This document shows, piece by piece, positions 17,676 to 25,713 of a stretch of 56,587 bases of DNA. Location of the stretch: positions 1 to 56,587 of IMG/VR virus record IMGVR_UViG_3300032092_000034, one strand, 5' to 3'. The notes below the pieces were generated by a model. That model was not told the origin of the DNA and ran no database searches. It worked only from the letters and a program-made list of their open reading frames with translations. The stretch comes from a virus (Duplodnaviria; Caudoviricetes). Position numbers and translations under genes: made by a program. Each line of letters begins with the position of its first letter. Position 1 is the first letter of the stretch.

Positions 17676-18052
17676 TGGGAGGGAAGTGGCACTCCAAAGT
17701 TGATGGAATATACCACGTATTTTGACGAGGAGGTAGGATTCCTACCCGGGGGTATTAGGGAAAACACCTATATACAAAGTGCTGCGCAAAAAAAGACCCC
17801 GGGGAGGGGGTCTAAAGGAGTAGGCAACTAACTTCGGTAATTATATACACGTTGTGGGGGATGTGTATAGATTTTGTGAAAATTTGAACATGTTGTAGGT
17901 TATTTGTGCAAGTCTTGGTGTATAGGACGCGGGAGGGACCCATTTGGGAATCCGGGGGGTGGGGGTCACCTGCCCAGCCCCGTATATGTAAAGTTTGTGT
18001 TATACTAATTCCAATGCGATGCAATAGTGCAAAGCAGAAATGGAGAATGCAA

Positions 18053-18265
18053 ATGGATGGAATGCTCACAATCAAAATGGCGGTAACTCTGCCAACAACT
18101 AAGTACCGCATGAAGCGTGTCACACTAGCCAAGTCATGGTGCAAGCGTAGTGAATGTGATAGTGTGTTTGCCAAGTTTTTAAGTATAAATGACCATATCA
18201 ACCCCACGCTATTGCGTGTGGAATGGATAGCGCAGGAAAGCGTGTTTGCTGGAGATGAGTCTTAA
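18053..18265 (+). CDS. early hypothetical protein
   Basis: ATG 18053 after GGAGAATGCAA leader; TATACT -10 at ~18001. Confidence 0.65.
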   Translation: MDGMLTIKMAVTLPTTKYRMKRVTLAKSWCKRSECDSVFAKFLSINDHINPTLLRVEWIAQESVFAGDES

Positions 18266-18306
18266 TCAACCCGCAGGGCGAGAGCCCTGCATTTTTGGAG
18301 AATGCA

Positions 18307-18552
18307 ATGAAACCCTGGGATGAAATGTCAGTAATGGAAAGAATGCGTGCTGAATACAGCGATTTGCACAAAGATACTTTTGGCTTTCGCCCATCTATTG
18401 AGCACAGAATGGAAATTGCAAAAATGTCAGATAAAGAATTCGTAATGCAATTTGATACCCTGCTCGATATGATGCAATGCGATTCAGAGTTTGAACAGCA
18501 AGTACATATCGAACGCAGGAAATTGGAAAATCGGGATTGGGAAAAAGAGTAA
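18307..18552 (+). CDS. early hypothetical protein
   Basis: ATG 18307 after GGAGAATGCA; YSDLHKDTFGFRP motif seen in phage early proteins. Confidence 0.8.
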   Translation: MKPWDEMSVMERMRAEYSDLHKDTFGFRPSIEHRMEIAKMSDKEFVMQFDTLLDMMQCDSEFEQQVHIERRKLENRDWEKE

Positions 18553-18598
18553 CTGATGAGGCTTGAATAGCCGAAACCGCAGGGATGCGGTCTTACTC
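18547..18598 (+). ncRNA. hammerhead ribozyme, type I
   Basis: Stem I GAGUAA/UUACUC; core CUGAUGA; stem II GGCU-UGAAU-AGCC; GAAA; stem III CCGCA-GGGA-UGCGG; GUC cleavage triplet (cut after C18592). Confidence 0.9.
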
Positions 18599-18618
18599 AA
18601 CTAACTGGAGAATGCAAA

Positions 18619-18861
18619 ATGTGGACACAATTAAATCTTTTTGACAAACAAACCGAAGTGGAATATGCAATGAGTTTGACATCGGATGAATTACAATCAA
18701 TCAAACAAAGTAGTGAGTATTCATACGAATTGATTAAAAACTTGCGCCATATTGTGCAAAGATGTGAATCAATAAAAAAAGGCGCAGACTTACGCGCAAG
18801 GGCAGAAATAGATGCGTGTTTATTAGGGGTACATAATTTTACGCGTGGATATTCTCGCTAA
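18619..18861 (+). CDS. early hypothetical protein
   Basis: 80 aa; GGAGAATGCAAA leader; terminator follows. Confidence 0.75.
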   Translation: MWTQLNLFDKQTEVEYAMSLTSDELQSIKQSSEYSYELIKNLRHIVQRCESIKKGADLRARAEIDACLLGVHNFTRGYSR

Positions 18862-18865
18862 ACAC

Positions 18866-18893
18866 AGGGGACTTCGGTCCCCTTTTTATTTTT
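18866..18893 (+). terminator. intrinsic terminator
   Basis: AGGGGAC-TTCG-GTCCCCT followed by T tract. Confidence 0.9.
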
Positions 18894-18904
18894 GCCTGTG
18901 CCTT

Positions 18905-18983
18905 TGATGCCAGTTATTCGTCGTCGCGCGTGAGCTGGGCGCGTATGCCAAGCGCGTATATAAGCGTTCAGGATACGCTGAAA
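18905..18983. repeat. conserved intergenic element, copy 1 of 3
   Basis: TGATGCCAGTTAT..GTCGTCGCGCG-[variable]-CAAGCGC.TAT...TTCA-N8-TGAAA. Confidence 0.85.
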
Positions 18984-18984
18984 C

Positions 18985-19013
18985 TTTACTTAAGAGCTAG
19001 CATGGTATATAAT
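18985..19013 (+). promoter_or_regulatory. sigma70-like promoter
   Basis: TTTACT-17 nt-TATAAT, followed by a 5' hairpin ACCGCAGAC-AATTCG-GTTTGCGGT. Confidence 0.7.
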
Positions 19014-19069
19014 TCACTCACCGCAGACAATTCGGTTTGCGGTGTTTTTAAACTTTTTGGAGATTTGCA

Positions 19070-19720
19070 ATGAACGCAAAGACAAAATCCGCAATAGCCG
19101 TTGAAGCTATTACGCCCCGCGACTTAAAAGACGCGGCCTACAAATTCGCTAAAACCGGCGAAACATCCGCGAGCATTGCTCGCTTTGTGATGGACAATGA
19201 TGCTTCATTCCCTGATGAAGTCAGCAAAGAATTGAAAGCCGATTTAAATGCGGGTTTCATGTTGCGCGCGACTGAATTGTGGGGTGATGAATTCTACAAA
19301 ATCGGTGACGGCGGTACATACATTCCATTGGGCAATTCCATTGTCTTAAAGAATGAAACCCCACAAGGGTCAATCCGCGTCGGTCTGTCCTATTGCTTTG
19401 CAATGAGTCAGCAAGAATTCGGGCAATTAAAAAACAAAGACCCGCAATTACATAGCATTGTCAAACCAATGCGCGACAAATTCAGCAAGTATTCCCACAA
19501 TAATATCGCGGCGCTGAAATTGGCGGCACGCGCTTTGTTGAATGATGGGAAGTCACGCGAACGCGGCGCGACAAAAAACTTCAGCGAAGCATTAGCTGAA
19601 ATGTTTAGCGCATACGATAAACGCGCAAAGAACGCTGAAGCGCGCAATGATGAAACGGCGTCACCGCTTAGATTCAGAGTCGCCGTAGATGCTTTTTGGT
19701 CTGCATACAATAAAAAATAA
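19070..19720 (+). CDS. early hypothetical protein, paralog A
   Basis: 216 aa; shares KDAA, SQQxFGQLKNxDP, RDKFxKY, KNAxARxD with 19955-20533. Confidence 0.85.
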   Translation: MNAKTKSAIAVEAITPRDLKDAAYKFAKTGETSASIARFVMDNDASFPDEVSKELKADLNAGFMLRATELWGDEFYKIGDGGTYIPLGNSIVLKNETPQGSIRVGLSYCFAMSQQEFGQLKNKDPQLHSIVKPMRDKFSKYSHNNIAALKLAARALLNDGKSRERGATKNFSEALAEMFSAYDKRAKNAEARNDETASPLRFRVAVDAFWSAYNKK

Positions 19721-19735
19721 TTAGCTAATAGTTTT

Positions 19736-19762
19736 AGACCCCGCTTCGGCGGGGTTTTTTTT
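19736..19762 (+). terminator. intrinsic terminator
   Basis: ACCCCGC-TTCG-GCGGGGT followed by T tract. Confidence 0.9.
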
Positions 19763-19787
19763 CGCCCAAAATATCTGCCCTCCCCCC

Positions 19788-19867
19788 TGATGCCAGTTAT
19801 ATGTCGTCGCGCGTGTGCAAGCTGGTGCATGGCAAGCGCCTATATAAAGATTCAGGGTAGCGTGAAA
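19788..19867. repeat. conserved intergenic element, copy 2 of 3
   Basis: Same consensus as copy 1; followed by TATAAT at 19884-19889 and hairpin CCGCACAGC-AATCAG-GTTGTGCGG. Confidence 0.85.
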
Positions 19868-19954
19868 CACTAAATAGTTGTTATATAATTCTCTTACCGC
19901 ACAGCAATCAGGTTGTGCGGGATGTTCTTTAACACTTCTAATGGAGAAATGCAT

Positions 19955-20533
19955 ATGAATGCAAAGCAAAACTTCGTGGTTAAGTCCTTCAAGGATGCCG
20001 CCATTATTTCGGCGACCCTCGGCGAGCGCATGGCAACAGTTGCCCAGTTCATCGTCACCCAGTGTCCTAATTTCTTGGATGATGTACCCAAGGAAGTCAA
20101 GGCGGAACTGCATGAAGGTTGGGCGGTTCGTTGGCAGGAACTCAATCCTGCTACGGAATACTCAACCGAATGGGTTCCCAAGAAAGGTGGCGGGTTTGTG
20201 GCAACCCTTGCCTTTGCCATGTCTTACAGTCAACAGGCTTTCGGGCAGTTGAAAAATGAGGACCCAGTAAAGCATGGCGTCATCAAGGATGTTCGGGACA
20301 AGTTCAATAAATATTGTTCTAACCGAATGAAGGACTTGAAGAAGGCGGTTCGTGACCTCAACCCTGAGACAAGAACTAGGACACAATCCGACAACTTCGC
20401 AACTTATATCGAGAAAACGATGGATAACATCAAGACACGATGCAAGAATGCGGTTGCAAGGGATGACGCAACAGCCAACGAACTTAAAACGAGAATGGCA
20501 ATACAAGCATTCATGGATACTCTGAACAAGTAA
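19955..20533 (+). CDS. early hypothetical protein, paralog B
   Basis: ATG 19955 after GGAGAAATGCAT; homologous to 19070-19720. Confidence 0.85.
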   Translation: MNAKQNFVVKSFKDAAIISATLGERMATVAQFIVTQCPNFLDDVPKEVKAELHEGWAVRWQELNPATEYSTEWVPKKGGGFVATLAFAMSYSQQAFGQLKNEDPVKHGVIKDVRDKFNKYCSNRMKDLKKAVRDLNPETRTRTQSDNFATYIEKTMDNIKTRCKNAVARDDATANELKTRMAIQAFMDTLNK

Positions 20534-20543
20534 CCACCCTACG

Positions 20544-20577
20544 AACCCAGTCTGAGAAATCGGACTGGGTTTTTTTT
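20544..20577 (+). terminator. intrinsic terminator
   Basis: ACCCAGTCTGA-GAAA-TCGGACTGGGT followed by T tract. Confidence 0.9.
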
Positions 20578-20590
20578 CGTCCGTCCCTCC

Positions 20591-20659
20591 TGATGCCAGT
20601 TATATGTTGTCGCGCGGGCTAACCCAAGCGCCTATTTAGCGTTTCACGGTAGGCTGAAA
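20591..20659. repeat. conserved intergenic element, copy 3 of 3
   Basis: Same consensus with shortest inner hairpin (GGG-CTAA-CCC). Confidence 0.85.
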
Positions 20660-21185
20660 TTCCAATATTCCAAAAGGCGATTCCAAAATTCCAACCCGAT
20701 TCCAATTTTTTGGAACAAAATAAAAAACAAAAAATCGTCAGTCGCGGCTTTGTTCCAAGATTCCAATTTATCAAAATGAGTTGGAACCGACTTTTCCTTT
20801 TAAAATCATATAGTTACGCGATTTTATTCCAATATTCCAATATTCCAAAAAGTTTTTGCGCTTCCAGAGAGTTTGACATCGAGCGAACCTTTCAGCTGGT
20901 GCAAAATCACGCATCACCCAACTCCCCAAATCACTCCCAACTTCCCGCAAAACTCATTGGAATTCTGGAATACTGGAATAAATATATTTATTCTTCTTCT
21001 ACTACTATATATATGTTATATATAGGTTTAGTATTTCTCTCATCCCTAACCAAGTTAGTACTTTTCCTTACAAATAAAAATTCCAGCCCGATTCCAATTT
21101 CACCCAATTTATTCCAATTTCAGCCCAACAATTCCAATTCCAAACCAATCGCACCAAATTAAGAATACTTTTCCATTCTTACCAA
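20660..21185. repeat. TTCCAA-repeat, AT-rich non-coding locus (candidate replication origin)
   Basis: Roughly 20 TTCCAR/YTGGAA hexamers in both orientations around an AT-rich core at ~20976-21080. Confidence 0.6.
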
Positions 21186-21260
21186 TTTATCACTTCACCA
21201 CACCCTGAACACCTGCACCAAAAGCCCACCCCCACTAGATAAAAAAGTTATAGTAAACAC

Positions 21261-21288
21261 TTGTGGTATAACTATTATGTGGTATAAT
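21261..21288 (+). promoter_or_regulatory. extended -10 promoter
   Basis: TGG-TATAAT at 21280-21288; leader duplicated at 22601. Confidence 0.65.
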
Positions 21289-21375
21289 ACAAACAGGTCG
21301 GGGAATATCCTTAGACCGTGCCTGTTTACCGTTTCACGGTAGGCTGAAATTAACCTCAATCAAATGGAGAATGCA

Positions 21376-21657
21376 ATGAAAGTTAACTTTGTTTTTAATC
21401 GTTCTATGCGCAAGACATTGCGCCTTGCAACCCGCCGCCCTGCGTACAACATTGCGCACACAGACCTGACCGAGACACTGCGCCGAGACGCGTGTTTGAC
21501 TGACGATGTTCTGTTACAGAATTTAGAGTTCCTTGACCGTGGCTACGACCACGACGAGTTCATGGACATTGATAACGAATACGAGGGCTTGACCATAACC
21601 GAGCCTATGGACGAGGTAGAGCAGTTCAAGTTCTGCACTGGCTACGACGTCATCTAA
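21376..21657 (+). CDS. early hypothetical protein
   Basis: ATG after GGAGAATGCA; acidic C-terminal half. Confidence 0.75.
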   Translation: MKVNFVFNRSMRKTLRLATRRPAYNIAHTDLTETLRRDACLTDDVLLQNLEFLDRGYDHDEFMDIDNEYEGLTITEPMDEVEQFKFCTGYDVI

Positions 21658-21680
21658 TTAACAATTCACGGAGAGCTGAC

Positions 21681-21845
21681 ATGAAAGAAACAGGCAAGTG
21701 GGTAGTGATTTGCTATATCCACTACGAACCAACAGGTGTGTACGGATTCTTTACCGATGAGGTAGAGGCACACAAGTTTGCGGATGACAATCCCGCTTTA
21801 TGGGATGTCTACGATGTATCAATGGTGTTAACCAAAGGAGACTGA
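21681..21845 (+). CDS. small early hypothetical protein (54 aa)
   Basis: Not in ORF track. MKETGKWVVICYIHYEPTGVYGFFTDEVEAHKFADD...; GGAG RBS. Confidence 0.65.
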   Translation: MKETGKWVVICYIHYEPTGVYGFFTDEVEAHKFADDNPALWDVYDVSMVLTKGD

Positions 21846-21846
21846 C

Positions 21847-22038
21847 ATGGAATACCAAGAACTGATAAACAAGTTAGAGAATTTGCAAGCCCTCATGGGT
21901 GAGATTGCAATTGCGGATTTTGCTACCGCACACGACCTAGCCCTACCTGAAACATGGTTGCGTGTGGAGAACTACATCACTTACTTAAAACAATACAAGG
22001 AGGCAACATGGGATACCGTTCAAACATTGCGTACATGA
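21847..22038 (+). CDS. small early hypothetical protein
   Basis: 63 aa; AAGGAG RBS. Confidence 0.65.
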   Translation: MEYQELINKLENLQALMGEIAIADFATAHDLALPETWLRVENYITYLKQYKEATWDTVQTLRT

Positions 22039-22559
22039 TACTGTTCCCCAACGAGACGGAATACCTTTCGTTCTTGACCGAGGCGGCGACTCTATCCAAC
22101 CAACCCATAAACAATGAAGAAATCACGGAGGTCAACGGTAGGCAGGTGTGGGGAGATATGAGTTCAGCCTTGGCTGAAACGAAACATGGCGCAAACGCAT
22201 ATCGGCAGGACTACCTGTCATCAGACGGTGTTCAGAAGTATTTCCCTGCCATTGTGTTTCACGCTAAAGATGTGAAGTGGTATACGAGCTACCCCGATGT
22301 GCATTCGCATGAGTCGTTGATAGCTTTGGCGAAACTGTGGATTGTGGGCGGTGAGTTCTCTTACGACATTGGTGCGTATAAAGATGTTCTTATGACAAAG
22401 TGCGCCGTGTATTCCGTCAGAGTCGGCGAAGACAGAGGCGATGAAGACACGATTGATTTGGGCAGGCACGTTGCCATGTATTCCCGACCCATGTGGGTGG
22501 AGAAGCAAATCGACTTTCACGGAAGCATCAAGAAATTCCTTGACAAGGAGGATGTATAA
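22008..22559 (+). CDS. early hypothetical protein
   Basis: AAGGAGG RBS then MGYRSNIAY; DVKWY and VRVGED motifs seen in phage early proteins. Confidence 0.75.
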   Translation: MGYRSNIAYMILFPNETEYLSFLTEAATLSNQPINNEEITEVNGRQVWGDMSSALAETKHGANAYRQDYLSSDGVQKYFPAIVFHAKDVKWYTSYPDVHSHESLIALAKLWIVGGEFSYDIGAYKDVLMTKCAVYSVRVGEDRGDEDTIDLGRHVAMYSRPMWVEKQIDFHGSIKKFLDKEDV

Positions 22560-22578
22560 AAAAGATACCACAACAGCT

Positions 22579-22606
22579 TTGTTTATATGTCAAGTTATGC
22601 TATAAT
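22579..22606 (+). promoter_or_regulatory. extended -10 promoter
   Basis: TGC-TATAAT at 22598-22606; leader similar to that at 21283. Confidence 0.65.
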
Positions 22607-22689
22607 ACAAACAAGTCGGGAAGTATCTACAAACGGTGGTTACTTACCGATTCACGGAGAGCTGAAATTTCAACCAACTGGAGAATGCA

Positions 22690-22938
22690 ATGGGAAAGAT
22701 GAAACATATTTCTATTCTGATAGACGAGGCAATGGCGGCGGGCGCACTACCCAATCCGCTCATCAAAGCGCCAACTGTCTATGTTGTTATGTGCGACGAG
22801 AAGCCTGTCGGCGTGTATGTTGACAAGCAGACTGCCGACTACGAGATGCACCTGTGCATCCAAGGCGACTACATCGAGATGGGGGTCGTATCAAAGTATG
22901 AGCTTCTCGAACTGCCTCTGACCACTCATCGTCTGTAA
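22690..22938 (+). CDS. early hypothetical protein
   Basis: 82 aa; GGAGAATGCA leader. Confidence 0.7.
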   Translation: MGKMKHISILIDEAMAAGALPNPLIKAPTVYVVMCDEKPVGVYVDKQTADYEMHLCIQGDYIEMGVVSKYELLELPLTTHRL

Positions 22939-22956
22939 CATTTCAGGAAGAAGTGA

Positions 22957-23184
22957 ATGACTAATCGAATGAAACCATTGTGTGTTCGCTGTGGCGACAC
23001 ATACTCAGCCAAGCGTGCGAACGCTGGCTATCAACTATGTTTGTCTTGCGGAGAGGACGCCGCACAAACACAGCGCAAGTCGTGGTGCATTATGACCCCA
23101 CACAAGCAGGGGGCGATGTTCTTCACGGTTGACTCAGCCAAGGAACTCGCCAAAGGTATCAACAGCAAGTACACACCAGTATAG
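22957..23184 (+). CDS. zinc-finger protein (CxxC...CxxC)
   Basis: CVRCG...CLSCG. Confidence 0.75.
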   Translation: MTNRMKPLCVRCGDTYSAKRANAGYQLCLSCGEDAAQTQRKSWCIMTPHKQGAMFFTVDSAKELAKGINSKYTPV

Positions 23185-23192
23185 GAAACAAC

Positions 23193-24107
23193 ATGAACTT
23201 TGAACTTGAAAAGCCCAAGCACCTCATCAGCTTGGCGTCATCCGCTGTTATTGTTACAGTCGAGGTGAATGTATGGACTGCGACCAAGCAGGACAAAGCC
23301 ATCTCCAACGAGGTGACCACCGCCAAGCGAGCAAGCGCAGACGCAGGCAAATTCACACAGAACCTCCTCGCCAACTCGCCCGAACACAAGGCGCTTTTGA
23401 ACTATCGGCAGACCGTGTATAACTGGCTTCAGCGATGCACCTACGATTGGGCTGGGTCAGCGCGGTTGTTGCCCACCTTTCAGATTGAGAAGTTTATGAA
23501 GGAGTTGGGTGAACACAAGACAGCGTTTCAGGCACTCCTGAACGACTTCATAACGAAGTATCCCTCCATCGTGTCGGATGCGGCGTTCAAGCAGGGCGAC
23601 ATGTTCGACCGTATGCTCTACCCTGACCCCAAAGATATTCTTAGACGATTCCAAATCAAGGAGTTCATCTCTGATGTACCGAAGAACGACTTTCGTACAG
23701 GCGGTATCGCCTCTGCGATTGCAGACGACTTGCAACAACACTTCACCATGCAGACCAAGAACATCGTCAACGATGTAATGGCAGACGCAAGCGGGAGGTT
23801 GCTGGCTATCGCCGAGCGTATCAGTTCAGCGTGTTCTGAACCCGAATACAAGGACGACGGCAAGAGCAAGCGCAAGAAGATTTACGACACAACTGTGAGT
23901 CAAGCCAAAGAGATTTGCGAGACTTTGAAACACTTCAACTTAACAAACAACAGTGCATTGGAGGACGCACGGCAGCAACTTGAGGCGGCGCTTGACGGCG
24001 TTACCACAGAGGACTTGCGTGAGAGCGCATACGAGAGACGCAAGGTCAAGGACAGCGTGGACGACATGCTGAGTAAATTTAAACCACTGAGGACTTTCAA
24101 TGACTGA
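23193..24107 (+). CDS. DUF3150-like helical protein
   Basis: 304 aa; WTATKQD, YPDP, FNLTNN motifs; precedes AAA ATPase/VWA pair; family recalled from motifs and context. Confidence 0.55.
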   Translation: MNFELEKPKHLISLASSAVIVTVEVNVWTATKQDKAISNEVTTAKRASADAGKFTQNLLANSPEHKALLNYRQTVYNWLQRCTYDWAGSARLLPTFQIEKFMKELGEHKTAFQALLNDFITKYPSIVSDAAFKQGDMFDRMLYPDPKDILRRFQIKEFISDVPKNDFRTGGIASAIADDLQQHFTMQTKNIVNDVMADASGRLLAIAERISSACSEPEYKDDGKSKRKKIYDTTVSQAKEICETLKHFNLTNNSALEDARQQLEAALDGVTTEDLRESAYERRKVKDSVDDMLSKFKPLRTFND

Positions 24108-24333
24108 CCTAGAAATCTTCTTAGCCATTCTGAACGGCGTACTGCTGTTCGTTTGGCACAGAGAACACGACAAACGCACGGAGTTAAACCGTGTAGTAAG
24201 TATGTTTCACATGTTGATTGAGCGCATCGGCATGGGTCACGCCACAGTAGTGAAGCTCAACGACGAGCAGTTCACTATCAAACCCACAGAGGCTGGCATC
24301 AAAGCGGCTTTTGAACAAATCACCTTACCCTGA
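24100..24333 (+). CDS. small membrane-anchored hypothetical protein
   Basis: N-terminal hydrophobic IFLAILNGVLLFVW. Confidence 0.6.
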   Translation: MTDLEIFLAILNGVLLFVWHREHDKRTELNRVVSMFHMLIERIGMGHATVVKLNDEQFTIKPTEAGIKAAFEQITLP

Positions 24334-24353
24334 ACAACTAACTGGAGAATGCA

Positions 24354-25460
24354 ATGAGCAAAATCAATTTCACCCCAATGGTTTCCATCGACGAAGCCAA
24401 GTCCATTATCGGTGCTATCGGTAATGAAGTTACATGTATCTTGGTGTCTGAGCCAGGTGTTGGCAAGTCATCCATCCTTTCAGGGTTGGCTGAAATGAAC
24501 GGCGACCAATGGCGCAAGGTTGGGGACAACTTTCCCGCAGACAAGTATGACTACATCTACATCGACTGCCCTGTGAAGGACATGATGGACATTGCGGCAT
24601 CAATCCCCAATCATCAGAGCAAGTCTCTTGAGTACTATGTGTCATCGTTGTTCAAGCTCGACAATGGCAAGCCCAAGGTCATCATGGCAGACGAGGCGTT
24701 CAAAGCGCCCAAGCTCATGCAGATTATCTACACTCGGATGTACTTGGAGAGAACAGTCGGCGATACACCGTTGCCTGCTGGGTCTATCGTGTTCGGTACA
24801 AGTAACAACGCATCGGACGGCGTGGGCGACAACTTGCTCAGTCATGTGGGCAATCGTGTGTGTATCTTGAACATGAGCAAGCCGAACCATGAGGAATGGT
24901 TGCGTTGGGCAGGCAAGAATGGTATCTCTCGCTTGACTCGGGCATGGGCGGCTATGAACCCACGAGCATTCAAGTCTTATCTTGACTCAGACCAACAAGA
25001 CAATCCATACATCTTCAAGCCAGCGTCTACGAACAAGCAGTTCGTATCTCCTCGGTCATTGGCGAAATCATCTGTTGTTATTGAGCGCAAGCACAAGTAC
25101 ACGGAGAACGGCATGATGGTTGCGTTGTCAGGCATCGTTGGTGAAGCGGCGGCTAAGAGCATGGCGGCGTTCATTGCGGTAGAGGACAAGCTCTTGAAGT
25201 ATGAGGATGTTCTCAAAGACCCGACCAAGGTGGCAGTCCCCGACGAGGTGGCAGTACTTGTTCAGATGTTGTTTGAAGCCATTGACAACATAGAGACTCA
25301 GGATGCCCTGAACAGCTATATGGAGTTTGTCAACCGTATCAAGCACAGCGAGATTCAGACAATCTTCTTCACGATGATGATGCGTACCAAGCCTCGCGTT
25401 GCGCGTTACAACCAACAGCTGAGTACTTGGGCGGCGGCTAACCACATCTACATGGGCTGA
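24354..25460 (+). CDS. AAA+ ATPase (MoxR-like)
   Basis: Walker A EPGVGKS, Walker B IMADE, sensor GTSN, SPRS. Confidence 0.85.
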   Translation: MSKINFTPMVSIDEAKSIIGAIGNEVTCILVSEPGVGKSSILSGLAEMNGDQWRKVGDNFPADKYDYIYIDCPVKDMMDIAASIPNHQSKSLEYYVSSLFKLDNGKPKVIMADEAFKAPKLMQIIYTRMYLERTVGDTPLPAGSIVFGTSNNASDGVGDNLLSHVGNRVCILNMSKPNHEEWLRWAGKNGISRLTRAWAAMNPRAFKSYLDSDQQDNPYIFKPASTNKQFVSPRSLAKSSVVIERKHKYTENGMMVALSGIVGEAAAKSMAAFIAVEDKLLKYEDVLKDPTKVAVPDEVAVLVQMLFEAIDNIETQDALNSYMEFVNRIKHSEIQTIFFTMMMRTKPRVARYNQQLSTWAAANHIYMG

Positions 25461-25713
25461 TGTGATGAAAATTAAAGTTTATTTTGAAGCGCCAGCAGGC
25501 GCACACGAGATAGCCGAGTTCTACGATGAAGTGTTGTACATGGCGTGTGTACCCGCACTTGAAGAAAAGGCTAAGGCGCAAGGATATGTATTGACTGAGT
25601 CAGTAACTTATGACGAGGTAACAGAGGATGAGTAAAGAAAGTATTGGGTTGACCGTCGTCTATGTCTTGGCGGTGGTTGTTTTGTTGTTAGATTTATTTA
25701 TTTGGAGAATGTA

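Noticed and set aside
17812-18207. Minus-strand ORF and the 5' extension of 17906-18265
   Set aside because: They cross the G-tract and promoter region; the RBS supports a start at 18053 on the plus strand
18905-18983. TGATG...GAAAC in the repeat element as further hammerheads
   Set aside because: Core reads UGAUGCC rather than CUGAUGA, and stems I and III cannot be formed
18905-20659. Triple repeat as a CRISPR array or integron attC array
   Set aside because: Repeats are 70-80 nt and separated by whole genes. There is no cas operon or integrase, and no clear RYYYAAC/GTTRRRY boundaries.
20710-21162. 150-aa ORF over the TTCCAA region
   Set aside because: TTG start without RBS; low-complexity translation of the DNA repeats
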